From positions 109,308,001 to 109,372,000 of the forward strand of contig NC_045697.1 in NCBI RefSeq assembly GCF_009834535.1: a stretch of DNA of 64,000 nucleotides. The letters are read 5' to 3'. This document shows positions 11,696 to 23,730 of this stretch, piece by piece. This stretch comes from Camelus ferus. Lineage: Eukaryota. Below the pieces are notes generated by a model. It made no database searches and was not told where the DNA came from. It was given only the letters and a program-made list of their open reading frames with translations. Made by a program: the position numbers and the translations under genes. The stretch's first letter is position 1; every line of letters starts with the position of its first letter.

Positions 11696-13826
11696 TTGCA
11701 TTTTACCATTTACTAGTGTTCTGCATAAAAGCTAATAAGCTAAACTCTTGATAGCTCCTGGAAAGTTTAAAAGAAAACTTTTTAAATTAGTTAAATTAAT
11801 TTTAGTTTATTTTTCCCAAGTGAAAACAGCTTCCTATTTAGATTCTGTCACAGGCCATTGATCTTAAGATTAGTTTACTTTAAAGGGGTTTTTTGCACAT
11901 TTAAGTTATACTTGTGAATTCTGAAATTTACCAGCCATCATACCGTATCAGACTGGATATCTTAGTAGTAGATTGAATACAAAACGAATTTTTTTACACG
12001 GCAATATTGGAATGAAACTGGAATGAAAGAAGAAATACTTTGATTCAGACCTGTTCCACTCTCTGTTTCTAAAACATAGGCTACGAGCACTCCAGGAAAC
12101 ACTATATTTTTCCCCAAAATATATGTAATCATATATGTTAAAGTATAGGTAACATTTCAAATTTGGATATATATGTGCATTTACTGTATTTCTTGGTAAA
12201 CATATTTTAGGGGAAAAGTGCTGCTGATAAGGTACGAATAGACAAGATTTAAATGAAATTGTGTCACATTCTATGGAAAATGGTTTCTGGTAAACTGAGA
12301 AGGCTATTAAAATAAGTGACTTTTTTTCTGGGCTACCATTATTGTTTGATTTCTCTTTGTCAAGTGTACAGAACCTGTCATACATTCATGATAAGTAGCA
12401 CTGAAAATTACCCATTCGAATTTCCCCTGGGCACTTACGGCAAAATATTGCCAGTTAGAATGTAAAGGTCAGTGACAACGCATTCCCTCCCCCAGTTACT
12501 AGCTACGGATGCTAGTAACTGCATCTCCGATACAGCCTCCCCTGCTGGACATGGGGAGTTGGGAGGAGAGTCGCTTGACCGTCTAGAAACACATGAATAA
12601 AACCTTTATGACTGTTAGCCATTGAAAAACATGGTTCTTAGTATCTTAATCAAAACTTTAGTCTCTAGTAACTAAAGTCCCCAAGTTTTCTTATTTCAGT
12701 TTACTCTTTGACTAGATTTGAGGCAAATCAACGCTAACAGGTCCATGCAAATAGAAGACACTTGCTTCTACTACTGGAGATACAGGGTATGTCCTAACGG
12801 AGTTAGATGGAATAGTAGTGCAGAAGCAAGTGTCTATGGCTCCTTAATACTGGAGGATTCATGCAAATGCTTTGGTAATGCCTATCGAGTTAATGGGAGG
12901 AAATAGCAAATAAACATCAGGTAATCCACAGATTACTTCAGATGGGAAAAGTCTTTATGTACATTTGAACTCTATAATATCCTCCCTACTCACCAGCTTC
13001 TGAAAAAGGAGGAATATTTTTAGTTTAATAATTTAAAAATACATTTCCAGGTAGGATAAAACAGAAGCTACTTGCTGCAAACATCATCTAATTTTGCTTA
13101 AAATCAAAAGTCATAATACTGTTGCATTCTGTAAATGTTGCAGGGTTTTAAACTTTACAATTATTTTAATATTTTTGATAACTAGGAATCTAGCATTGCC
13201 ATAAAGGAAACTAAGTGCCCATTAAAGATTTGTTTGGTATAAATAAATAATTTTTTGTTTTGTTTTAAATGGCAGTAAGCTACAAATCATGATGTTAATC
13301 TAACTTTCTGAAGATGAATTGTGTGGCAGTGATTGTGGTCTGTTTGTGGAGAATGTTTGAGAGCTATTAATATTCTGAAATAGATTAATAAATTGGCTAT
13401 GTTGTTCCAATGAATGTACAGCACTTCCATTAACTTTTGAAAGCAACACAGCCTTAAACTCAACGTCTTTGCTTTATGACATGGGAATGTTCTGTCATCA
13501 ACAGAGTGTATTCTTAGAATTCTTTGTATCATTCTCAATTCTATAGCCTTTCAATCCTATGTATGAATATGAGGGAGTTTTGCTTCTTTTTTTTTCTTTT
13601 TAAATTTTATACATTCCATCTTAATAGGTCTGTTTCATATGTTCTGTGTGTACAACACTAAGTCTTGCGCTCTCTGACATTGATACTGATACATTCTCAT
13701 CATTTGTTCCTTTATGAATCAAAATGCTGACTGCCTATTTAAAGAAAAGAATGAACGCTCTGCATCAAAGTGTTTGTACGTTCGTAGCTACATACGTACC
13801 ACAGTATTTTGGATGCTTTAGTCTAC

Positions 13827-13922
13827 AATAAATCCTTAAATTAATTCTGTCTTGAAGATAGGAGAAACAAGATTCGTGTGTATACCTTTACCATGCACAA
13901 AATCTCAAGTCCTTACAATAAA
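13827..13922 (+). terminator. Tandem polyadenylation signals AATAAA (13827-13832, 13917-13922) of TRIM2
   Basis: Canonical hexamers. The distal one is followed by T-rich/GT-rich elements. Confidence 0.65.
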
Positions 13923-14074
13923 GCTTGTTTTCTCCATTTCCAGAGTGAATGTTTATTTATTTAACCTATTGTTCTCTTTCTTGGTGAAGGAAAATGAAGT
14001 TATGTTCGAGAACACGTGGAAGATGTCAGTACCTCAACCAAATTGTTTATACTAGTGAGAAAAGGCTGAGTGAA

Positions 14075-15986
14075 CGGGACTGTGTTCTAAATTTCTCTTT
14101 CTTATGGTTTGTTTTTAGTGTTTAGAAAAGCAACAGATGTCTGTATATTAATTTTGTATCCTACAACTTTACTGAATTCAGTTTTAGTTCTAATAGTTTT
14201 TTGGTGGCATCTTGAAGATTTTCTATGTATTGTATCATGTCATCTGCAACCAGTGATGGTCTTCATTTCCAGTTTGGATTCCTTTTATTTCTTTTTACTG
14301 TCTGATTGCTCTGGCAAGGGCTTCCAAAACTATGCTGAATAAAAGTTATGAGAGTGGACATCATTGTCTTGTTCTTGATCTTAGAGAAAATGCTTTCAGC
14401 TTTTCACCATTGAGTATTTTGAGTGTAATGTTAACTGGGGGCTTATTATATATAGCCTTTAATGTGTTGAGGTATGTTCCCTCTATTCCCACTTTGAAAG
14501 TTTTTATCATGAATGAATGTTGAATTTTGTCAAAAGCTTTTTCTGCACCTACTAAGATGATCATATGGCTTTTATTCTTCAGTTTGTTAATGTGCTGTAT
14601 CGCATTGGTTGATTTGTGGATACTGAAAAATCCTTGCATCCCTGGGATAAATCCCACTCGATCATGGTGTGTGATCGTTTTAATGTATTGCTGGATTCAG
14701 TTTGCTAATATTTTGTTGAGGATTTTTGCATCTATGTCCCTCAGTGATACTGGCCTATAATTTTTTTTTTTTTTTTGTCATATCTTTGTCTGGTTTTGTT
14801 ATCAGGGTGCTGCTGGCCTCATAGAATGAGTTCAGAAGTGTTCCTTCCTCTGCAGTTTTTTGGAATAGTTTGACAAGGATAGATGTTAACTCTTCTCTAA
14901 ATGTTTGGTAGAACTCACCTGTAAAGTCATCTGATCCTGGTCTTGCTGTGCTATAAACCTCTCTCTTAGAACTGCTTTTGCTGCATCCCGTAGATTTTGG
15001 ATTGTTGTGTTTTCATTTTCCTTTGTCTCCAGGTATTTTTTAATTTCTTCTTTGATTTCTTCGGTGACCCACTGGTTGTTTAGTAGCATATCGTTTAGCC
15101 TCCACCTGTTTGTGTTTTTGCAGTTTTTTTTCTTATAGTTGATTTCCAGTCTCATAGCATTGTGGTCAAAAAAGATGCTTGATATGATTTCAGTACTCTT
15201 AAATTTACCAAGACTTATTTCATGGACTAGCGTGTGATCTGTCCTGGAGAACAGTCCATGTATTTGAAAAGAAGATATATCCTGTTGCTTTTGGATGGTA
15301 TGTTCCATAAATATCTATTAAGTCCATCAGATCTCATGTGTCATTTAAGGCCAGTGTTTCTATATTGATTTTCTGTCTGGATGATCTGTGTATTGATATA
15401 AGTGGGATATTAAAAGTCCCCTACTATTATTATGTTACTGTCAGTTTCTCCCTTTATGTCTGTTAATATTTGCTTTTTGTATATAAGTGGTCCTATGCTG
15501 GGTGCATATGTATTTACAGTTGTTATATCCTCCTCTTGGATTGATCCCTTAATCATTATGTAATGTCCTTCTTTGTCTCTTGTAATAGTCTTTCTTTTAA
15601 AGTCAATTTTCTCTGATATTAGTAATACAACCCTGACTTTTTTTTTCACATTTGCATGGGATACCTTTTTCTATCCCCTCACGTTCAGTCTTTGTGTGTC
15701 TTTAGATTTGAAGTGAGTTTCTTGTAGGCAGCATATTTATGGGTCTTGTTTTTGTGTCCGTTCAACCACTCTGTCTTTTGATTAGAGCACTTAATCCGTT
15801 TACATTTAAATTATTGACATGTATGTATTTATTGCCATTTTGTTCATTGTGCTGTAGTTCTTTTTTGTTCCTCTCTTCCTTTCTTCTCTTCCCTTATGAT
15901 TTGATGACTATAGTTAATGTTTGGATTTCTTTCTCTTTTTTGTGTGTATATCTATAATAGATTTTTAGTTTGTGGTTATCATGAGG

Positions 15987-16031
<45 letters not shown>

Positions 16032-17545
16032 GATTATTTTAAGTTGCTGATTCTTAGTTTCAAACACATTTTAACAGCCCTGCATTTTTGCTCCTCCCTT
16101 CGCAATTGCTGTTTTTGACGTATTTTATATCTGTCTGTTTTGTGTGTCCCCTAACTGCTTAATGTGGATATAGATGACTTTACTACTTTCATCTTTTAAC
16201 CCCCTTACTAGCTTTGAACGTGGTTGATTTACTACCGTTACTGTATATTTGCCTTTTCCAGTGAGCTTTTTCCTTTCATAATCTTCATGTTTCTAGTTGT
16301 GGCCTTTTCTCTTTTCCTTAGAGAATTCTAACCTTTCTTGTAAAGCTGGTTTGGTTGTGCTGAACTCTTTTAGCTTTTGCTTGTCTATAAAACTTCTCAT
16401 CTCTCCATCAAATCTTAATAAAAGCCTTACTGGGTAGAGTATTCTTGGTCGTAGGTTTTTCTGTTTCATCATTTTAAATATATTGTGCCGCTTCCTTCTG
16501 GCCTGCAGAGTTTCTGCTGAAAAGTCAGCTTTAGAGGATAGCCTTATGGGAGTTCCTTTGTGTGTAACTTGTTGCTTTACCCATGGTGCTTTTAATATTC
16601 TCTCTTTGTCTTTAATTTTTGCCGATTTAATTATAGTGTGTCTTGGTGTGGTCCTCTTTGGGTTGATCCTGTTTGGGGCTCTCTGTGCTTCCTGGATTTG
16701 GATGTCTGTTTCCTGTCCCAAGTTAGGGAAGTTATCAGCTATTATACCTTCAGATATATTCTCTGTCCGTGTCTCTCTCTCCTCCTTCTGGGACCCCTAT
16801 AATGTGAATGTTCGCATGCTTGATGTTGTCCCAGAAGTCTCTTAAACTGTCTTCATTTCTCTCCATCCTTCTTTCTGTTCATCTTCAGTGATTTCCACTA
16901 CTCTGTCTTCCATCTCACAGATCCATTCTTCTGTATCATTTAGTCTACTGTTGGTGCCTTCTAATACATTTTTATTTTAGTTATTGTACTCTTCATCTCT
17001 TGTTTGGTTGTTCTTTATGTTTTCTAACTCTGCTAAAAACTGCTAACTTCTCACTGTGTTCATCCATTCTTCTATAGAGTTCTTTGATCATATTTACTGT
17101 CATTAGCTTGAACTCTTTCTAGAGTAGATTGCCTTTCTCCATTTCATTTAGTTCTTCTGGGGTTTCATCTTGTTTCTTCATTTGGAACATGTTTTATCTG
17201 TCACCTCATCTTGCCTAACTTGCTTTTTTATTTCTGTCTTATCTGGTAGGTTGGTTACGTTTCTGGACCTAGGAGGACTGGTCTTTTTTAGGAGACGTCC
17301 TGTGCATCCCAGCAGCACACTCCCCTCTGGTCACCAGAGCTGTATGCTCTAGGAGTGTCTCCGTATGGGCTGCGTGGGTCCTTCTGTTGTGTGGGCTGAC
17401 TACTATGGGTGGTCCAGTAGGCGTGACTTGCCCCTGGTCTGGTTAGCTGTCAGGCCCTGCCTTATGGGGAGGCCGCTGACCACTGGTTGGTGGGACGGGG
17501 TCACAGGGTGGCTGGCTTCAGAAATTCGCGAGGCCTCAGGACTAA
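14075..17545 (-). mobile_element. L1 with 5'UTR, ORF1, long inter-ORF spacer and internally deleted, 3'-truncated ORF2
   Basis: ORF 16293-16721 is the ORF1 C-terminus (IQEAQRAPNRINPKRTTPRH..). ORFs 15410-15649 and 14886-15308 are endonuclease (DKEGHYIMIKGSI). ORF 14361-14657 is the RT region ([18 protein letters not shown]). Confidence 0.93.
15990..16028. repeat. (CA)n microsatellite in L1 inter-ORF region
   Basis: Visible run. Confidence 0.95.
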
Positions 17546-18520
17546 TTCTTGTAAAGGACTCTTGTCTTTCTTCATTGACTGTAAACAAGTAGTTGACTTA
17601 CAGTTATGCATACAACATTTTTCCTGATGTATTTATAGGCTTTTTGGTTTTTCATTAAGCTTGTGATTTGTATTTTGTGTAATGAAATGAAAACTAAGTT
17701 TATCATAATTAGAGTAGCCTGTTAAAAATGGAGGGACACTCCAAAAATTTTGTTGTTTTGTTTTTTGGAGGGTTGAATCAAATTCATCATAGATTGAAAG
17801 TCAGAAAGAGATGACCTAAATTAGTCTTGGAAGGAGAGATGAAACAACAAAAATGAGAAAATGACAAAATGTGGCACTGCTAACTAGTAATTGTGAACAT
17901 TGATATTATTGACAGCTAATTCCATTCTTCATTTATTTTTTTTTTTCTTTTAACCAAGCAGATACTGTTGCAATCATGGGCTCTTTGGAGGTTTTCAGAG
18001 CCAGACTGAGAGTAGGGCATTCCTGATATAAGCCACTTGCCCCAGGTTTTAGCATATCTCAGATTGCTTTTTAGGAACTCGGTTCACGTAAAGCCAGAGG
18101 CATCGCTTTCCAGAGCAGACAAAGGGTTCAATTAAAGCTGTAGTTTGTTATCGCCTAGGTTAAGAGGCAGGAAGGACAATCAACATTCTATTCTCAACCC
18201 CAGCTCGCTCTTTCTTTTTTGCTGCTATAATCTGAACAAATGTCCGACCACCTATGGTACACCACACTTTGGGCTAGGGGTTAAAAGGCTGTTAGGATGA
18301 AAAATAAAGCCTGTAACTTCTGAGAACTCACAGTCTGGTTGGAGAACGAGACCAGGTAATTACAATACTGTGAGCTGCCTTTATAGACCTACATTAGCAA
18401 ATATTTGCTGAGTCTAGTATGCTTGGGTCCTGTTCTCGCCACTGGGGAACAGCAGTAAATAAAAAAGGCCTGTTCTCATGGAGCTTTATTCTACTTTGGT
18501 GAGACTTATGTGAATATATG

Positions 18521-18955
18521 TAGGGTTGGCTACATAATTTGTGACACCTAGTACAAAATAAAAATACAAAGCTCCTGGTTCAAAAGGAATGAAAGAGACT
18601 TTTTCCTTTCTTGTGGTCTCCGTTTCAACCTGTGGTGGTGGGTGTTTATTCGCTACTTAATGTCACGCTCCCTTAGGTAGAAGGATACTCGCTGGGTAAA
18701 CAAAGACCCTCACATACACCTGAGACCCCACGCCGCGACTCACACTCGCCCCATGCTTGTGCCCAGCCCCTCACCAGGAGTGGAGGGTGGCAGGGGTTTC
18801 TGGGTGGAGCCAGGGATGCTGGCAGCTGAGAGCACATCCTGGGAGAAGGCAGAGAGGTGGTGTTGGGGGGCCCACCTGTGAGCCAAGGCTTGCTAAAAGA
18901 GGGCCAGAACACATGAGTTGTCCAGGGAAGAACAAAATGTTCAATACCGTGAGGC
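18521..18955 (+). mobile_element. MER45-family (hAT-Tip100) DNA transposon
   Basis: Starts tagggttggctacataatttgtgacacctagtacaaaataaaaat..ctggttcaaaa, like the MER45 terminus. Confidence 0.6.
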
Positions 18956-19147
18956 CAGCGGATGGTCAAGAAGAAATGGTAAGAGCTGAGGCAAGGTTAC
19001 AAAAATGACTTAGCTACTACTGGGGGTGTTTTCAAGGAGTTTACATCCCAGATGAAAATATGAAAAGAGCATCAATTATTGTAATACAGAGCAAATTAAG
19101 GTAAGAGTAATAAAAAAAGTGTCAATAAGGCATGATGGAAAATCCAA

Positions 19148-19270
19148 GTTTATCACATAATTGATTGGGATAGTCCTGCTTTATACTTACTGTCCCAGCA
19201 TAATTATAAAGAGCAGTTTTTCATCCCCAAGAGTGTCCTCATTTGAATGTGAAATTATATTCTCACTCTC
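19148..19270. mobile_element. MER94-like hAT-Blackjack MITE
   Basis: gggatagtcctgctttatacttactgtcccagcataatt..agtgtcctcatttg..aaattatat..cactct. Confidence 0.55.
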
Positions 19271-19719
19271 TACCAGTTTTCTCAGCCTTTCTCCCCATTA
19301 TCATTCCCCCAAGGAGCTTTTATAGACATATTTTTCCTAATTTTTCTTAATCACTCCTCACTCCCACCCCATGACATTTTAATACCAGAGATATACTTTA
19401 TATTTGTTTCTGTGCTACAGCTCTTTGGAGGTTCACAAACCAAGATTTTTTTGGCCCGCAGGAACCAGTTTTGATCTTTCCACCCTTGAAACTAATGCTC
19501 TGCACAAATGACATCAGAGTATTGTCACCTCCAACTCAGGAGACATAGTGTGACTAAGAGGTTGATAATGTTGACTATTTCTTCCTTGAAATTTTCTTCT
19601 CTCTTGGTTTTTCATTCTCCTACTTCTGTTCCTACCTCTTCTCTCTGTCTCCTTCAAATGATGTTCCTTTCTCTTCCTAATGAAGAAGCTTTCTTTTTTC
19701 TTAATAAAGAAGCTTCTCC

Positions 19720-22090
19720 TATAGGTTATGCTTTTTTTCCAAGAGAAGATCCCATTGGGTCAGTCTGTCACAGTCCAAGGCCATCCTGGCCACCTCAGAG
19801 GCAAGTGGCCTCCTTTATCTTCAGCCTATACATGTAGCTTTTGGTTTGAGCACCCTGGTCTGGTTGTATGGCCCAGCTGGAAGAGAGTTCATCAGGTGGA
19901 TTTGGCAAGAACCACAACTGTAAGCAGAAAGAATGCTGGGAGTTTCAAGGCTCAGAAAGCAAAGGGCCCGGGAGGCACCTAAAGCTTCAGAGCATCCTGT
20001 CCAGTGAGTTCTGTCCTCAGGTGTTGTCTCTCCTATGTTTTCTTGAGACGTCCACAAACTTCCATCCTCTTGGGCAAAAAAGATGGGTTTATAAAGATTT
20101 TTAAATGCCCAAACTGAAAAGTGAAAGTCATTTGTGGCTCTTCCTTCCTGGACACCTCAGAGGCAAGTGGCTCAAGTGGAAACTGTTTCATCCTCATTGC
20201 TTCCTCACTCCCAGAGCAAGTCATGAATTTTTTGGTTTCCCAGTGGATATACTTAAACTCTACTGTATGTAGCCTATTAAGTGTGCAATAGCATCATGTC
20301 TAAAACGACAATGTGCATACCTTAACTTCTAAATACTTCAGTGCTAAAAATAAAAAGCTAACTATCATCTGAGCTTTCAGTGAGTTGTATCTTGATGCTG
20401 GTGGAGGGTCTTGCTTCCATGTTGGTGGTTGCTGGCTGATTAGGATGCTGGTTGCTGAAGGCTGGGGTGGCTGTGGCAATTTCTTAAAATAAGACAGGAA
20501 AGTCTGCTGCATCGATTAACTCTTCCTTTCATGAACGGTTCCTCTGTAATATGTAATGTTATTTGATAGTATTTTACCCACTGTGGAATGTCTTTCAAAA
20601 TTGGAGTCAGTCCTCTTAAACCCTACCACTGCTTTATCAACTAAGTTTATGTAATATCTAAACACTTTGTTGTCATTTCAACAGTCTTTACAGCATCTTC
20701 ACCAGGAGTAGATTCCATCTCAAGAAACCACTTTCTTTGCTCAGAAACCACTTTCTTTGCTCATCCATAAGAATGGATAACTCCTTATCCATTCAAGTGT
20801 CATCATGAGATTGTAGCAATTCAGTGTCATCTTCAGGCTCCACTTCTAATTCTTGTTCTCTTGTTGTTTCCACCACATCTGCAGTTTCTTCCTCCACTGA
20901 AGGCTTGAACCCCTCAAAGTCATCCATGAGGATAGGAATCAACTTCTTCCAAACTCCTTTTAATGTTCATCCTTTGACCTCTTCCCATGAATCACAAACA
21001 TTCTTAATGGCATCTAGAATGGGGAATCCTTTCCAGAAGGTTTTCAGTTGACTTTGCCCAGATTCATCAGAAAAAAAAAATCACCAACTATAGACTTACA
21101 AAACGTATTTCTTAAGAGTTGGAAGTCAAAATTACCCCTTGATCCGTGGGCTACAGAATGGATGTTGTGTTAGTAGGCATAAACATTCATCTCGTTGTCC
21201 ATCTCCATCAGAGTTCTTGGGTAGCCAGGTGCACAGTCAATGAGCAGGAATATTTTTAAAGGAATCTTTTCCCTGACCTGATTTGATCTCTTTTGAAAAG
21301 AGTTGAGGCCTTGCTCTGGGTTAGACTTGGGCTTAAGGAAATGTTGTGACTGTTTTGATCTTTTATCCAGATCACTCAAACTTTCTCCATATCAGTATAA
21401 GGCTGTTTCACTTTCTTATCATTTGTGTGTTCACTGGAGTAGCACTTTTCATTTCCTTCTAATTTTTTTCCCCTTTGCATTCACAATGTGGCTGTTTGGT
21501 GAAAGAGCCTAGCTTTCAGCTTGCCCCTGCTCTTGACAGGCCTTCCTCATCAAGCTTAGTCTGTTCCAGCTTTTGATTTAAAGCGAGAGACCTGTGACTC
21601 TTTCTTTCACTTGAACACTTAGCAGCCATTGTACAGTTATTTACTGGCCTAGTTTCAATACTGTTTTGTCTCAGGGAATAGGGAGGCCCGAGGGAAGGTA
21701 GAGAGATGAGGAAATAGCCAGTGGAGTGGTCAGAACACACATAACAAGCTCTCTGTCTTACATGGGCATGGTCTGTGGTGCCCTGAAACAGTTACAATAG
21801 TAACATCAAAAATCATTGATCACAGATCATCAGAACAGATATAATAATAATGAAAAAGTTAGAAATACTGCAGGAATTCCCAAAGTGTGACACAGAGACA
21901 CAAAGTGAGCCAATGCTGTTGGAAAAATGGCATTGATAGCCTTGCTGGGTGCGGGGTTGCCACAAACCTTCAATTTGTAAACAACACAGTATCTGCTAAG
22001 GGCAATAAGTGAAGCATAAGAAAAAGAGGGGTGCCTGTACCAGCACACCTTTGTCTCAGGCTTTGTTTTTCTGGGTACTCAATCTAAGAT
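19720..22090 (+). mobile_element. Probable old ERVL-type LTR (LTR33/LTR16-like) split by Tigger1
   Basis: The flank right of Tigger1 reads agcacacctttgtctcaggctttgttttctggg..ctaagata, an ERVL-LTR-like 3' end. Left boundary uncertain. Confidence 0.4.
20217..22037 (-). mobile_element. Tigger1 DNA transposon, internally deleted, one TIR missing
   Basis: Minus-strand remnants MAAKCSSERKSHRSLALNQKLE and IPLKIFLLIDCAPGYPRTLMEM match Tigger1 transposase. TIR end gaggggtgcctg|ta at 22037. Confidence 0.92.
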
Positions 22091-22759
22091 AAGCAGGGGA
22101 TACTGGGTTCCTAGGTTCCTGATCTAGAAGGAAGGTTGTGGGTAATAGATGGGTATGTCCCTTTGACCCTGCAGACCCCTTGGCTATGGGGCAGGATGTG
22201 GCTGGGGTGGGGCCAACATGGCCTCTACAGAGCAAGGTCTAGGGTGAGGGCCAGGTGCCCAGATGGAAGGGCAGCAATGGCTGGAGTATAAACTGCTTAA
22301 GGGTGTGTGTGGGCTTTCCGGTTCATCCTCACACATTCTGCAGGCAGCAGATACTCAGATTTTAAAAAGTGGAATTGATGTATGCTTAAGGATTTTGTAA
22401 AACACAAATGTGTGCAATAAACAAATGCCATTTGGGTAGTGTAACAAATGTTAGATGGTGGATACAAGATCCAAATTCATGAGTATTTCTCAGATGCTAC
22501 AAATATTTATTTGCTTTCATACTTAACTTATACACCACATCTGCCTGCCCTGTAATCTTGCAAAATTTGGAGTGTATCAAGACATCTGCATGGTATATCA
22601 GATGATTTCAGAATCATACTGGTGAAAATAGTAAATGGGAAAGAACTACTCAATGCAAATAAAGATTTTTAAAAGCAAAATATCCTTCGGGTTTTCACCT
22701 GAAAATTGTATCACGATATTCGTAAGTCAAGGACAAGATGGTGCTCTTGGATACCTGGT

Positions 22760-23730
22760 ATATTTATTTAATACACATTTACTGAGTGTTCATCACATGT
22801 CAGGCACTGTGCTAGGCTTCGGTGATACAAAACTGGTTGGTTTAGTCTCTGACATTATAGGGAAGCTGTCCAAGTAAATAATTACAAAATGGATCTGGGG
22901 TGCTGTGATAAAACTACAGAGATCCTATCTGCTTGTGGGATGGGGGTGAAGAGGCAGAGAGAAAAAGATTCCTGGAGGTGACACAGGAAAAAGAATGTGG
23001 GGCGAGAGGATGGCCATGTCCTAGGTCTCGGTTGAGTCTCTGGGACAAATCCCATCAAGTGTGGGTCCTTAGCTTCACACAGGAAAGAATTCAAGAGTGA
23101 GCCACAGTTGAGTAAAGGTAGATTTATTCAGAGAGATACATACTCCATAGACAGGATGCAGGCTGTCTCAGAAGGTGAGAGAAAGGCCATGAGGTGTGGG
23201 AATTGGGTGCTCAGTTTAAAGTGAATGTTGATATACACTCCATAGACAGACGGTGGTCCATCTCAGAAAAAAGAGTTTCCCCAACGGGTGGTGTTGCTAG
23301 TTTTTACATGCTTGATAACCCCATATGCTAACAAGTGGGAGGACTATTCCATATACTTTGGGGAGGGGGCTGGGATTCCCAGGAATTGGGCCACTGCCCA
23401 CTTTTTGACCTTTTATGGTCAGCCTCAGAACTGTCATGGCGTCTGTGGGAAGACTACCATGTTAATATATTACAGTGAGCGTATAATGAAGTTCAAGGTC
23501 TACTGGAAGCCAAATCTCCATCTTGGCTCTCAAGGTCTACTGGGAGTTGAATTTTCTGCCATCTTGGTGTTAATGGTTGTGTCATTCCTTGAATGTCGGT
23601 GCCCTGTCCCCTTCCTGTGTGACAGGCTCACTTAAGCTATTTAAATGATGGTTAAGAGTTAGCCAGGTGAAGAAAGGCTGTTCTTCATGGAGCAGATGAG
23701 GTGGGGCAGACAGAGCAAAGGCAAGGCTTC
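22760..23730 (-). mobile_element. L2 fragment interrupted by the solo LTR
   Basis: atttactgagtg..caggcactgtgctaggc..ttcctggaggtgaca | LTR | ..gagttagccaggtgaag. Confidence 0.6.
22979..23624 (-). mobile_element. ERV-type solo LTR ~1.25 kb upstream of MND1 ATG
   Basis: TG..CA termini, minus-strand AATAAA at 23123-23128, homologous to 1-524. Confidence 0.82.

Larger units (their letters stand above)
9565..13940 (+). other. TRIM2: TRIM2 3' UTR (~4.4 kb; 3' end inferred)
   Basis: Repeat-poor AT-rich stretch after the stop, ending at AATAAA signals (13827, 13917) with T/GT-rich sequence downstream. L1 begins shortly after. Confidence 0.7.

Noticed and set aside
14361..16721. Active reverse transcriptase/endonuclease system
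   Set aside because: Fragmented, frameshifted L1 ORF1/ORF2 with an internal deletion and no complete RT.
20217..22037. Domesticated transposase gene (TIGD1-like)
   Set aside because: The reading frame is broken by stops, frameshifts and a large internal deletion.
1..23624. Single full-length provirus between the two LTRs
   Set aside because: The interval holds TRIM2 exons and UTR and older repeats, with no gag/pol/env, and the LTRs are visibly diverged.
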